64,000 nucleotides of DNA from Felis catus (GCF_018350175.1 NC_058368.1:24802001-24866000), one strand, 5' to 3'. Positions 11,590 to 24,227 are shown, counted from the stretch's first letter. The notes: generated from the sequence alone by a model not told the origin. A program made the numbers and translations.

Positions 11590-13261
11590 CGGACTTGGCG
11601 TAATGAAATGTTTAGGTATTTTATGTAGACCACAAGTAACCAACTCAGATTCAGCTAAAATTTGGCACTAGCTAGGACCACTGTGTTAGCTGTGCTAGGA
11701 ATAATCTCCTTTATTCTTCAGGGTAACCCTGTGACATAGGTGGGAGTGTCTCCAATTTACCTATAAGTTCAGCTGAGTAAAGGGGAAACTCCTTACCCAA
11801 GATCTGGTGCATATGCTGGAATCGGGAGTTATCTCTAAGATTTCTAATTTCAGGTCTTTTGCGTTTCCTGCACACCATGTTCCCCAAATATTTTTCTTAG
11901 TAGCTTTTTCATTTTTATTTTTAGCTTTGCATTGTTAAAAGGCTCATGACTTTGCATCTTAAGACTTGATGCACACACCCTTTTTCTTGTATTGTTTTCT
12001 ATGTGCTTATTTTAAAATCTCGGTCCGTGTATTTGTATTCTTGGTGGTTGGAAGGATATCAAATACTGTCTCAGCAACAGCAGCATATGTGTTCACAAAA
12101 GTTGAGGAAATACTGTATTTCCAGCATGGGAAGCCGAAGGTAAGTGGCCTACATTCACTTCGGCCCGCATCTGTTTTAATGACTCTGTTAGTGCAAATGG
12201 GTTGTAAAATGCCAGTGAGTATCTATGGAGTTGTTATAAACTCAAGTTACACAAATTCTCTACCTTGGAAATGGTCAGAGCCTGCATCGTTTGCTAGATT
12301 TTACTTTTTAATACTTAAAAATATTGCAGGGCTAACATTTTATTGCACTTGACATTTTATGAAAATAAAATTCGCAGCTGTGAACAGCCCTCTTCCGTTT
12401 ATACTCTACCTGGCAATAATAGCTATAATTAGCTTTTGTTGTACTGTTATCAGAAAGGGGTAGTAAAATTAGCACTAGCCAGATGTAAAATCAGTCTTTA
12501 AATGGCAGCTGCATATATATAAATTCTCCGGAAGGCCTCTCATGCTTTGTAAATTTTAGATATGTATGGAAAATTTATCCTTTTGTTCTGTAGTTTAACT
12601 TTTCAGTCCCACATTGTTTATGGAATCAATTTGCCTTCTCAGCTCATCCAATATTTATTGCATTTGTACTATGAGCAATGAATTGGATTAGGTGCTAGGT
12701 GAGGGTGCAATTCCTGTACTCCAGAAGCTGACGTTTCGGCCGGGTGAGGCACGTAACAGTCCCACACTGTACGTATGTGCCGGTCCCTCTGAAATGCCCT
12801 TCATCACTCTCTTTCTCCTGCTTCGCCTGGCCAGCTTCCATAGACTCTTGGGGGCCCAGCTCCACATCTTCTAAAATGCCTTCCTGCCCGCCGCGCCACC
12901 CCCATCATGTCACCGGTACCTTGGGCATCTGTCTCTCACCGTGTTGATCAAAGGGCGTTATAATTGTTGGGATAGTTAGTAACCTTCCACATTGTGAAAT
13001 CCTTGAGCGTGTGAGAGAAGTCTTCTGGTGTTGTCTTCTAAGGGCCTGGCACGGAGGATGTTCCTCCTAAGAGCTTGATGAATGAATCAAGATGTTACAG
13101 ACACATACGGACATGCAGATGGACACGGAGATTAATGGACAATACAGACACGGAGCTTAATGGACCAAGAAAGGTCGCGTGCAGTAAATGTCAAGGATGA
13201 CTTACAGACAAGTACTGTAGGTGCTAGGAAGAGAACAAAAGGTAAATTGGTGGTCAAGGAG

Positions 13262-13436
13262 CAGGGACTGCTTTGTGGACCTGTGACGCGTGTCACACAG
13301 GGCCCTCTGCTCACAAGGGCTCCACCCTTGGCTTAATGTTCTGTCGTCCGCGTCTAAACATCCTTGATCATTTTTGAACATAGAGCCCCACGTTTTCGTT
13401 TTGTACCGGGGCCCACAAATGACGTAGCCAGTCTCG
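13262..13436 (+). mobile_element. MER45A (hAT-Tip100 MITE)
   Basis: Colinear with the recalled consensus: cacagggccc..ctca.aagggc.cc..ccttggcttaatg...tttttgaaca..g.gcccca..ttttc.ttttg.ac.gggccc.caaat.a.gtagcc. Confidence 0.85.
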
Positions 13437-14503
13437 TTCTTGGGACCGGGAGAATGATTCAGATTTATAGAAATGGGGAGTGAAGGAGCAGGCAGGGAGA
13501 GCGCGCAGGAATCTGATAGGCGTACGAGAAATGTTCCAGTTTTGTCAGATGGCTAACAGACCTGCTCAGGAGCACCAGAGGGCTTATGCCGTCAGTACGA
13601 GGCCTGCAAGGTAGATCGAGGCAGCATTTAGACATTATCCTGCAAGTGGTGGGTGATCTCCGATGATTAATGAGCAGGAGAATGAGGGGAGGGAGGCGTC
13701 GCTTGATGAAGAGGAGTATGGTGGTGATGTGCAGGATGTATTAAGGGTCGGCGAGGTAGGAAGGAGTGAATCAGGAAGTTGACCCGAAGCCCAGGGCTAT
13801 GGTAGTAAGGGTATATGGTAGAAGAGGCATAGAAAGCACAAAATTGGGAAAGACTATCAGGGAAGAATAAATGCCACTTTGGCCACAGGAAAAAGGAGGA
13901 GTCAAAAAGTACTCTGGACCGCCCGGGGTCAGTGATGCACTCCTGGCTGAACTAAGGACGGGGTGCCCGGGAGCTTCTTTGTCAGAGGAAGAAGGAGTTG
14001 AGCTTTAGAAATTTGCAATGACAGCGGGATTTCAAAATAGAATTGCTCGTTTTGCAATTATGTGTAAATAATCGTTCGTGGAGAAGATGCTTAACGCATC
14101 AAATGTCACTTAAAGACAGGACATGAACAGCGAACACATTAACGCTACGTAAAGTCCTTTAGATCAGTTTTAGGAGAGGGATGGGATGAGCAGCCCAGTA
14201 AAGACAGTGTGGGAGTTAAGAGATGGGGTCATCCTTGACTGCTTTTTTTCGTCTGTTCAGTCTCTTTCTTCCTCTGTATTCAGTCAGTTCCTTCTTGTCC
14301 TTTCTGTTTACCAAGCCACCAAGCGTCCCTTGCATCTGCCCACCTGTCTTTGTCCCACCACTGCGTGCCCTCGCCTTCCACCCACCTGAAGCCACAGGTC
14401 TCTGGAATGGTCTGATCTTTATCCTCTCCACGCCCACTCTTTCTCGTTGGAGGTGGGGAGGTTTTTCTAAGAGACAGTAGTAAGGGTATAAGGTGTCACT
14501 TCC

Positions 14504-14800
14504 TGTTAAGAATTGTGTCCTCCCCTAAAGATATTGAAGTCCTAACCACAAGTGCCTATGAATGTGACCTTATTTGGATATAGTGTATTTGTAGAAGATG
14601 ACATCAAGATGAGGTCAGAAGGGTAGGTTTTAATCCGGGATGGCCGTCTCCTTATAAAAAGGGGAAATGTGCTACCGCAGAGATCTGGGGGATGCCTCTA
14701 TCAGAAAGAATTGTCAGCAGACCACCAGAAACTGGAAGAGCCATGGGTAAACCACCCGATTTGTGGTACTTTGTTACAGCTGCCCTAGGAAACTAGTACA
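14504..14800 (+). mobile_element. MaLR MLT1B/C-like solo LTR
   Basis: gaattgtgtcctccc..aaagatattgaagtcctaacc...gaatgtgaccttatttgga ... ttgttacagctgccctaggaaactagtaca. Confidence 0.85.
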
Positions 14801-15539
14801 GACTTTAAAATAGTTCCCCATTCTTTTCAGAGTAAAGACCAAACTCCCTAACTCATCTTGAAAGACCCACCACGATCTGGTCTCTGCTGGATTCCGCAGC
14901 CTTTTCTCTTTCTTGGCACCCCACCCCCCTTCCGAAGCTACACCTTTGCACTCATCACAGCAGGAGTACTCAGCTCCCCCACGACGTTCCTTTGTGGCCA
15001 AAGTACATTTCTGCCTTTCCTTTCTATCTCCTTCTTCCAGTCAGCAGAGTCCTCTGCATTCGTTTTATTCAACAAATATTGTTGAAATGCCAGATAGAGT
15101 GTTTAGAAGCTAACAAAACATGCACAGCCCTTGGTTTCATGGGCTTTCCAGTCTAGTAGGAGAGCCCAAATGAGGTAATAGTCGATAAGAGATGTGAGCA
15201 GGATGTTGGAGGCCTTAGAATAGATGGATTGCAGAAAGTGCTTAAGCACACACAGCAGCTGGCCCCCAAGCCTGGAATGAGAGACACCAAGAAGCGACAA
15301 CTCAAATCCCACCAGGGACTCAGCAAAGCTCAAAACTCTGAGGCACCACATACTTTTGAAGGTTGTTGTGCAAGATGGAGCTGGAAAGCACGAGGATTGG
15401 TAGACAGGTTATATGAGGAGCGGTAAGACCATCCTCACTCTGTCCTGACCTCCCCCCCCACCACCACATTGCTATTATATGTTAAAAAGGAGGATTCAGA
15501 GAAAAAGAAGGAGGCTTTGGCTATTAAAAAGAAGAAGGA

Positions 15540-15750
15540 GGGGCGCCTGGGTGGCGCAGTCGGCTAAGCGTCCGACTTCAGCCAGGTCACCATCTCGCGG
15601 TCCGTGAGTTCGAGCCCCGTGTCAGGCTCTGGGCTGATGGCTCAGAGCCTGGAGCCTGTTTCCGATTCTGTGTCTCCCTCTCTCTCTGTCCCTCCCCCGT
15701 TCATGCTCTGTCTCTCTCTGTCCCAAAATAAATTAAAAAAAAAAAAAAAA
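15540..15750 (+). mobile_element. SINEC_Fc, young subfamily
   Basis: Near-consensus body; TSD AAAAAGAAGAAGGA. Confidence 0.95.
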
Positions 15751-15835
15751 AGAAGAAGGAAAGGAAATGTTCAAGGGAAATCTTGAAGAAAAAGTTGACA
15801 TACTTCCGTGACAGTAGAAATAGGCCAAATGACCA

Positions 15836-16011
15836 GGGCGCCTGGGTGGCTCAGTCGATTAAGCATCCAACTTTGGCTCAGGTCATGATCTCGCTGTTCA
15901 TGAGTTCAAGCCCTGCACCAGGCTCTGTGCTGATGCTCAGAGCCTGGAGCCTGCTTAGGATTCTGTGTCTCCCCCTCTCTCTGTCCCTCCCCTGCTTGCA
16001 CTCTCTCTCTC

Positions 16012-16043
<32 letters not shown>

Positions 16044-16045
16044 TC
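15836..16045 (+). mobile_element. SINEC with a (CTAA)n-converted tail
   Basis: SINE head and body followed by a cctaactaactaac... repeat. Confidence 0.9.
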
Positions 16046-16049
16046 AAGC

Positions 16050-16652
16050 AAGCAAGCCAAGATACAGAAAACAGAAGGAAAAATAAAATTAGAAGGTCAA
16101 GCCAGGTAGCCCAACAATCAAATCCAATCCCAATGAAAGAGAACACAGAAAACAGAGGAAATGAGCGAGAAAGAGAGAGAACTCTCCAGAACTGAAATAT
16201 TTGAATTTTCCAGATTAAGTGATCACAGAATCCCTAGCACACAGTGGATGAAAACATATCCACTGTAAGGCATATCATAAAATTTCAGAATGCCAGGCAC
16301 AAAATAAAAATCCTAAGTATTTCCAGGAAGAAAAAAAAAATGACATGTAAGGGATCATACGTCAGGATGGTTTTAGACACTGAAACAATCCTTCCAGAAT
16401 TTTGACAAAAATGATTTCCAGTGTGGACTTCCAAGAATGAGACTAGACTATACATATTTCCAGCTATAAAACATCTCAAGAGGGGTGCCTGGGTGGCTCA
16501 GTTGGTTGAGCGACCCACTTCAGCTCAGGTCATGATCTCGCAGTCTGTGAGTTCGAGCCCCGCGTGGGGCTCTGTGCTGACCGCTCAGAGCCTGGAGCCT
16601 GCTTTGAATTCTGGGTCTCCCTCTCTCTCTGCCCCTCCTCTGCTCAAGCTCG

Positions 16653-16699
<47 letters not shown>

Positions 16700-16960
16700 A
16701 AAAATAAACGTTAAAAAAATTTTTTTAAAAAGAAAGTCTCGAGAAATTTATGTCCCATGCCATCTTAGGAATCTACTAGAGGATGTGCGTAGCAAAACAA
16801 GGAAGGAGATGGAGAAATGGAAGGTGCAGAGAAACAGGAGCTTCAACCCAGAGGGGGAAGAAGGGGAATCCCGGGATGATGGCAGAGGGAAGCTTCTGGA
16901 TGGCAGCTGGGCAGCAGGACCAGAGAGGAGGACAAAGGACCCTCGGAAGAAGGGTGGAAA
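16050..16960 (+). mobile_element. HAL1 (half-L1) ORF1 and 3' region, interrupted by a SINE
   Basis: catatcataaaatttcagaa...aaaatcctaa..ttccag and ctactagaggatgtgc...gggaatcccgggatgatgg..agggaag...gcagctg.gcagcagg resemble HAL1. Confidence 0.7.
16482..16730 (+). mobile_element. SINEC with a long (CT)n
   Basis: Head GGGGTGCCTGGGTGGCTCAG; (CT)n at about 16656-16695. Confidence 0.92.
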
Positions 16961-17235
16961 CAAAAGGGAGATGTAAACGTTGTGCCCGACATAACTGAGC
17001 TGTGAATATTTATGCAGTCATTGTCAACACGGAATGTTGATTTCACTAAGAGGTGTTATGCCTGTGTTAGAGGATGGTGGGGGAGCTCGTGTCTACACAC
17101 TGGGGGAAGTGAGAGGGTCAAATCTCCGTCTCCCATGTAAGATGTAAAACAAACAAACAAACAAACAAACCCAAAAACTGAACGTGGACATCCAGACCCA
17201 GCATGAACATAACATCTTAGAAATAGGGAGTAGCA

Positions 17236-17372
17236 AGTTCGAGCCCTGCATTGGGCTCTGCGCGGACACTGTGGAGCCTGCTTGGGATTTGCTCTCTCCC
17301 CCCTCTCTCTCTCTCTCTCCCTCTCAAAATAAGTAAACTTAAGATAAATTAAAAAAACACACAAAATTTAAA
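17236..17372 (+). mobile_element. 5'-truncated SINEC
   Basis: Starts at the B-box AGTTCGAGCCC; TSD AGAAATA(G/A)GGAGTAGCA on both sides. Confidence 0.85.
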
Positions 17373-17520
17373 AGAAATAAGGAGTAGCAGAAGAAATAGA
17401 CTGTTGAAAATCATTGTTTCTGGGGAATGGAAACTGGAGGTAAAGAAGGAGTGTGTCAGGAGACTGGTGTTTCTTCATAAGCCCAAAGGTAATGTTTGAT
17501 TTCTTTTTTTAAAATTTTTA

Positions 17521-17747
17521 TAGTATTTATTTATTTTTTTTCAACGTTTTTTATTTATTTTTGGGACAGAGAGAGACAGAGCATGAGCGGGGGAGGGGCA
17601 GAGAGAGAGGGAGACACAGAATCGGAAGCAGGCTCCAGGCTCTGAGCCATCAGCCCAGAGCCTGACGCGGGGCTCGAACTCACGGACCACGAGATCGTGA
17701 CCTGGCTGAAGTCGGACGCTCAACCGACTGCGCCACCCAGGCGCCCC
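17521..17747 (-). mobile_element. SINEC_Fc, young, inserted in the tail of an older SINEC
   Basis: Perfect 19-bp TSD TCTTTTTTTAAAATTTTTA at 17502-17520 and 17748-17766. Confidence 0.95.
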
Positions 17748-17766
17748 TCTTTTTTTAAAATTTTTA

Positions 17767-17966
17767 AAAAATGTTTTTATTTTTGAGAGAGAGAGAGAGA
17801 GAGAGCGGGTGAGGGGCAGAGAGAGAGAGTGAGACACACAATTTAAAGCAGGCTCCAGGCTCCAAGCTGTCAGCACAGAGCCCAGCGTGGGACTAGAACT
17901 CATGAACTTGAGATCGTGACCTGAGCGAAGTTGGACACTTAACCACCTGAGCCACCCAGGTGCCCC
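17767..17966 (-). mobile_element. SINEC, older
   Basis: Ends in GAGCCACCCAGGTGCCCC. Confidence 0.92.
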
Positions 17967-17987
17967 AGTGACTTCTAAAACCGTATG

Positions 17988-18341
17988 TGGTTGACCCTTG
18001 GGCAACACGGGTTTGAACTGCATGGCTCTACTTGTACGTGGATTTTTTAAAATACAGTACTATACTGTAGGTGTCTTTCCCCTTCCTCGTGATTTCCATA
18101 ATAACATTTTCTTTTCTCTAGCTTACTTTACTGTAAGAATATAGTATACGATACATATAAGATACAAAATGTGTGTTAACTAGCAGTTCATGTTATTAGC
18201 AAGACTATTATTGGTCAACAGTAGGCTGTTAGTAATTAAGTTTTGGGGGAATCAAAAGTTTCACATGGATTTTCAGCCTTGTGGCGGGGGGGGGGGGGGG
18301 GGGCAGTGTTCCTAACCCCAATGGTGTTCAAGGGTCAACTA
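17988..18341 (+). mobile_element. Tigger2a-like MITE (TcMar-Tigger)
   Basis: TIRs GTTGACCCTTGGGCAACAC ... GTGTTCAAGGGTCAAC; internal G18 run at 18286-18303. Confidence 0.85.
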
Positions 18342-18364
18342 TACTGATTAAATATTAAGGCAAA

Positions 18365-18990
18365 CATATGTCCGTAAACAAAAACATGTACATAAATGTT
18401 CATAGCCACATTGTTCATGTATCCAAAAAGTGGAAACAACTCAAATGTCTATCGACTAATGAATGGATAAATAAAATATGGTATATCTGTACACTGGGAT
18501 ATTATTCATCTATAGAAAGGAGTAAGGTACTGGGGCACCGGGGTGGCTCAGTAGGTTAAGCATCTGACTGTATTTCAGTTCAGGTCACGATCTTACGATT
18601 TGTGAGTTTCTCTCTCTCTCAGTCTCTCAATATAAACAAACAAATAAACATTTTTTTAAAAGGAATGAAGTGCCGATACATGATACATCTTACAACAGAT
18701 GAGCCTTGAGCACATGCTGCAAAGTAAAAGAAACTATTCATTAAAGACCATGTAGCCTATAATTCCATTTATATGAAATGTCCAGAAGCGAACCTACAGA
18801 GACAAAAAGTAAATTAGTGGTTGGGGGTTCGAGGGGTGGGGGTAAATAGGGAGTAACTGCTGGTAGGTACGTGTCAGGTTCCTTTTGGGGGTAATGAGAA
18901 TGTTCCAGAATAATATAGGGTGATGGTTGGTTGCTCCGCTCTGTTAGTATACCAAAAACCACTGAATTTCAATTTTAGAAGGTGAATTTT
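18365..18990 (+). mobile_element. L1MB-type 3' fragment interrupted by a SINE
   Basis: aaagtggaaacaactcaaatgtctatc..tgaatggataaataaaat.tggtatat ... gggtgatggttg...aaaaaccactgaatt. Confidence 0.8.
18532..18660 (+). mobile_element. SINEC with an internal deletion
   Basis: Head joined directly to (CT)n and the tail. Confidence 0.85.
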
Positions 18991-20322
18991 AATTTCAGCC
19001 ATAGCTCAATGAAGCCATTATTTAAAAATTGAAGAGGAAATGAGTTACCAGGGGCCAGAAAAGGAAGACAAAATTTTACCATATATCTTAGTGCATCTTT
19101 TTAAATTTTAAGCTGTGTGAATATATTATGAATCATGAAATTGAAATTTTTAAAACTTAAGTGAAGAATATTTAAAACATTACAAAAGAGAATATTAGAG
19201 CCAACACTCATGTATCCAATACTTTCTTTCTTTTTTTTTTTTTTTTTTTTTTTGCCACATCTGGACATTTTGCTACAGACATAGTTGAATTCTCCTGTCC
19301 ACCCTCCTTGATCCCACTCCCTCCCTAACTTGCCGGAGGTAACTGTGTTCCTAAATTGGCATTTACCATTGCTTAGACATGTTTTTATTAGAAACACACA
19401 CACATCCACAAATCACACTATCACAGCTGGGTAAAATGCGTATGAATATTAGTGGTATTCCGCAACGTTTGCTTTTCTTCCAAGTTTATATTCTTAAGAT
19501 TTATTCTTGCTTAGGCGATCTAGTTCTAGTCCACTCATTATAACTGCCACATATTACATGGAACCCCGATTTATACATTCCCTCTGCTGCTTCCTTTATA
19601 TTTTTGCTATCAAGCAAAGCGACAATAAGCTTTCACCCATACATTCCATTTCCTAACTGAGTGGTGGTACTGCTCCACGAGCCAGGCGTATGGCTGAGAA
19701 AAAATCCAATAAACATCCGCCCAAAGCTGAGCGTGGGTTTGGGAGGAGACAGTAAACTTAATGTTAACATATTGCCTGCTAGAAGGTGTTAACTCTGTAG
19801 AAAACAGAGCAGAGTAAGGATGATTGGAAATTCTGGTAGCATCAGAGTTGTGAATAGTTGCTTGGGGGGGGCGGGTGGACACTGCTAGTCACGTGTCTCC
19901 GTGACAACCCTACTTAGCGAACGACTCCCGCATCTCACCTGTTTACAACACACCTAGGTTTTTGGGTCAGCCGGGGTGGCGCTGCGTCAGAATGTGGGTC
20001 TGCTAGATTTGGCCCGTGTTGTGGGTTGGATTCAGGTTGGTCCCAAGCATCTCGTCACTCCCCGGAAACAAGGGTGTGTTTCCTTCATGGTAAATGTCAG
20101 GCATGAAGGAGACCATGTCAGATCATGGATGTATATTCAAGACCTCTGCTTGTGTCTTGTCTGTTAACTTTCCACTGCTCCGTTCCAAGCAAGTCAATGA
20201 AATAAGCCTGGCTAGGAGGGAAGCGTAGACTACCTGCTTTAGGGGGAGGTCCTGAAAGGTCTCACAGGAAAGATGGCAGTGCAGAATTCCATGGAAGTCA
20301 CGAAGAATTGAAAACTATACTA

Positions 20323-20540
20323 GGGGCGCCTGGGTGGCTCAGTCGGTTAAGCGGCCGACTTTGGCTCGGGTCGTGATTGCATAGTTTGTGGGTTCAAGCC
20401 CGCATCGGGCTCTGTGCGGACAGACAGCTCAGAGCCTGGAGCCTGCCTCGGATTCTGTGTCTCCCTCTTTCTCGGCCCCTCCCCCACTCATGCTCTGTCT
20501 CTCAAAAATGAATAAATGTTAAAAAAAATTTTTTTTAAAA
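20323..20540 (+). mobile_element. SINEC
   Basis: Full head, body and tail; degenerate TSD actata(c/g)ta. Confidence 0.92.
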
Positions 20541-20679
20541 GAACACTATAGTAAAAAAGGGTTTTTTGAAGGAAAAAGAAACACAAAATAATTCTCAATT
20601 CATAGGGCTATTGTGAGGAAGAAATGAAACAATGTACGTGCAGAGTCTAGTCCGGAGACTGGTATAGATATTAAAAGAC

Positions 20680-20905
20680 TAGTTAATACTTACATGTCAC
20701 TTACCATGTGCCAGGCACTCTAATGTGTTCTCTATATCTCTCCATGTAACCCAACCCTCACACTATTCTCCTGCCCATTTTCTAAATGAGGAAACCGAGG
20801 CCAGTGAAATGAAGTCATCTGCCCCAGGTCACATGACTAGTACAACTGTAGAGCTGGGGGTTGACAACAGACAAGTCGCCCAGCATCTTTACTCTTAACC
20901 ATGCT
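20680..20905 (-). mobile_element. MIR
   Basis: cttaccatgtgccaggcact...cccattttctaaatgaggaaaccgaggcc...gccccaggtcaca...ctcttaacca. Confidence 0.75.
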
Positions 20906-21467
20906 CTCTGCTCCCTCTGCACACCTCCCAGACCCCAAGTCTGGATTAGTGCTGTGTGTTCCCACAGGCATTGTGCTTTTCATCTCATGGTTCTGGGTAC
21001 CACTCGCCTTTTCACTTGTCTGCGTCCTTAACTACAGTGGGCGTTCTGGAAAGGCAGGGATTGTGCCCATCTTGTTTCCTTTCATTCCCTACCCATCAAA
21101 CATGGCCATGGAGTGATGCAACCGTCTTCTTCCCTTTGTACCGGCCCCACAGTGTGCGAAAGCAAGTGAAGGGAGCACAAGAGATTAAAGATGCCAGAAA
21201 AGTGTGCAGTCATTGATGGAGCAAGGTATTTAAGTCAGCAGAAGATAGAAGGTTAAGACTAAAATGAGGAAGTATGGACCTTGAGAAGATGGAAGGACAC
21301 CTGTTCCTTTAAAGATGGAAAGAGATGGAAAAAGTGGATCTTGTAAGAGCAGAGGAGGCTAGATGAGGAAGCTCAGGCCGGATGACTTGAATCATCTCAG
21401 TAAATAAGGTGGGAGAGGATGCTGGAGGCTGGAGTGGGAGATCGAGGCAAGAGGAGAGAATTTGGAA

Positions 21468-21814
21468 TAAATGCCTAACTTTTGGGGTCTGTGATCTGTT
21501 TTTTTTTTTTTTAATGTTCATTTTTGAAAGAGCGCACGAGCAGGGGAGGAGCAGAGAGAGAGGGGGACAGAGGATCTGAAGCAGGCTCCACACCCACAGC
21601 AGAGAGCCCGTTGTGGGGCGTGAACTCACGAATCACCAGATCATGACGTGAGCCGAAGTCAGACGCTCAACTGACTGAGCCACCCAGGCACCTCCCGTGA
21701 TCTCTTTGATATTACAGTAAAGAATACGATGAACCCAGGAAAAAAAAGAACGTACACACAAAATTATGCATAATAATTTTCGAGGTCCAGGGACCCCAGG
21801 TTGGGAACTACCTG
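21468..21814 (+). mobile_element. Charlie4z-like hAT MITE interrupted by a SINE
   Basis: taacttttggggtctgtga ... acacacaaaattatgcatataatttt...ggaccccaggttgggaactacctg. Confidence 0.65.
21499..21694 (-). mobile_element. SINEC
   Basis: Poly-T tail to head CTGAGCCACCCAGGCACC; short TSD GTGATCT. Confidence 0.92.
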
Positions 21815-24227
21815 CTCTCAGCAAGCTAATGCAACCGAGCAAAAGTATTTCTGAGAAGGAATTTGAAGGCAGGCAGCTTGAATTCATAGCCTTCTAAGTC
21901 TGTGTTTCTGTGACTTCAGCAGCACACAATGGCAGCAGAATAGCGGCTGATGTGGAATTAGAGACTGAGGCTGCAGGTTTCTGAGCAGCCCAGGGCTGGG
22001 GGGGGGGGGGAGGGGGGAGGAGTAGGGGAGGGCAGTAAGGGTAGAGAGAAGGCAAAGCATGGGCCAGCCAAGAAGTGGCAGATGTGGCATTGTGGAGGGT
22101 GGCGGGTGGGACGGGTCCTCTCTGGGTGTGGGCCACCCGAAGCGCGTGGTCTGTAGAGAACAGAGAAATAGTAATAAAACTGAAAGTCCCGTTTTATGCA
22201 TGTTGGCCGTGATGCCCCAGCAATTCTCAACACCGACAGTGATAAAATCCTGCCCTCTGAAGAAGCCTGGATGTCGCGTCTAAACGACTGCCTGTATCTG
22301 GGTAGACACGCCCCTGGGAGGCAGATAAAGAGATTACTCTGGAGGGAGTAGTCCAGGATGTGGGTGAGGCGCTGGTGGGCGGCCAAGGTGGAGCCCAAGT
22401 TGAGCTCCTGCTAGAGAAGACGCCTCCCTCGCCCCGCTGGTTAAGCGGCACAATTCAGTGGCTTTCATCTTCTAGAATCTAGATGCTGTCTGGAACCCTA
22501 AATCCTTCTTCTGACTGCCAGTCCTAACTGTATGTGTCTCACTGTCCTCACGCGTCCGCCCTGCCCCACATCTGCACCTGCCTCGGTGTTTCACAGCCCT
22601 TTCGCCCCTTCTCCTAACAGATGGCTCTTCCTTACAGATTCCTCAGGTCTCCGATGACCAGGCACCGGTAGACACAGGATGCTGCCCCTTTCCTCCTCCC
22701 AGGTAAACGAAAGGAGTCTCTCCTTCCCTTTCGGACATGTTCCTGCGGGGGTGTTTTTATTCCATTCGTCAGACCAACCTGGGACGTAGAGCCAGATTAG
22801 AGGGATCCACGTTTCACATGTTTTTCATCCTTAAACCATCAGGACACTATCTGGAGAATCCTGCTGCGGGGCTCAGAATGGTGATTATTCCCACCAGAGT
22901 AGGAACCGCCAGCTGCTTTGTAGCGTGACGGGTACTGTCACAGTGGTGCGTAGGTGTTTCCTTGGTGTCCCAGAGGAATTTAGTTGCTTCTTGAAATCCC
23001 TCTGCAATCTCTTACTTGGGAGTAATGATGGAACGGAGCAAACAGGGTCTGATTCGCCCTCCCAGTCTTCCTTGGAAGTCACTGGAGGGCTGGTAGTTCT
23101 CTGGAGGTTAGCCACTTCCCAAATGGACCGAATCTCCACCATCCCTTCCCATTACTCGGCCCACCCTCTTCTTCAAGATGGCCTCTGTGTGGCTCTGACC
23201 AAGAAGTTGCCCCATCACTGGCCAATGAAGTAGATAAACTAGAAACAGCTTGGTTTAACATTTGAGGTTGGAAGCAGGAACTTTCTAGAGGAGACCTCAA
23301 AGAAGCAAAAGGTGCATAAGAGCAGCTCCCCGACCGGAGTGCCCACTGGGGGGATTCCAGGCTCCTAGCAACTACAGAAGCATGTAGAATGATCAAGCAT
23401 GGTCAACTCACTGTCAGACTAAAGCACCGCCGTATATCTTCATTCCTCAGTAGCTGACCGCTGGAGCCATACACAGTTTGGGGGAAATGTGGAGATTATA
23501 CTTAGTTAACATTACTCAGGGCACTACACAACCTTCACAGCCTCTGTGAGGCCATGAGCACTCGAGCATGTACTTTTGACGATGGGAATTTGCCCTCAAG
23601 ACAAGCATCCAGGGTTTGCACATAGAATAGAGCCTTTTTTTTTTTTTTAATTACTTGCTAACATTATAAACCGTGCATTCAGAAAATAAATCTGGTCAGT
23701 AAGAAGGAATTCAGCTACCTATTTAACTACAGCAGCTGCCTGTGTCATCCACTGGTGCTCTTTATAGGAAACGTCTAAATAATTGAAATCTTTAATTGGG
23801 TTAAAGAGATCCCTAGCACATAGATGTTCTATAAATAAAAGTGAGTAAATAATATAGTGGCCATTCTTTTCAGGCCCTTCCCCTTAAAGAGACCATTTTG
23901 TTTTGTTTGCTCCAATAAGATCGGTGTTCAGGGACACTTGAGAGAGGTTAGGTTTCGGCTGGGGCGGAGCTTTCCCAAAGAAATCCCTTTTAGTTTGTTT
24001 CAGGTGGATTTCCACCTTCTCCCTTGGCTACTTCACTAAAAACTAATCATTTGTTTGTCTTTGCTCTGAGTAGCCAGGCACCTGGGCTTTGCATTTGCAA
24101 GTGGGGTCAGAGCAAGTAGTAAAGGTAGCAGGCTGACCTTGCCTTGTTATCTGAAATCAGACAGGTTTAAGTAGCCCAGAGCTTAGGAGACAGAGAAGAA
24201 AGAAAGGGAAGGGAAGAGAAAAATGCT

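Noticed and set aside
14568..14577. Perfect CArG CCTTATTTGG
   Set aside because: Part of the MLT1 LTR consensus, so not evidence of locus-specific function.
17541..18023. Recurrent peptides such as GAPGWRSRLSVRLQPGHDL and GAWVAQSVKRPTSAQV in many ORFs, suggesting a gene family
   Set aside because: They are translations of SINEC copies.
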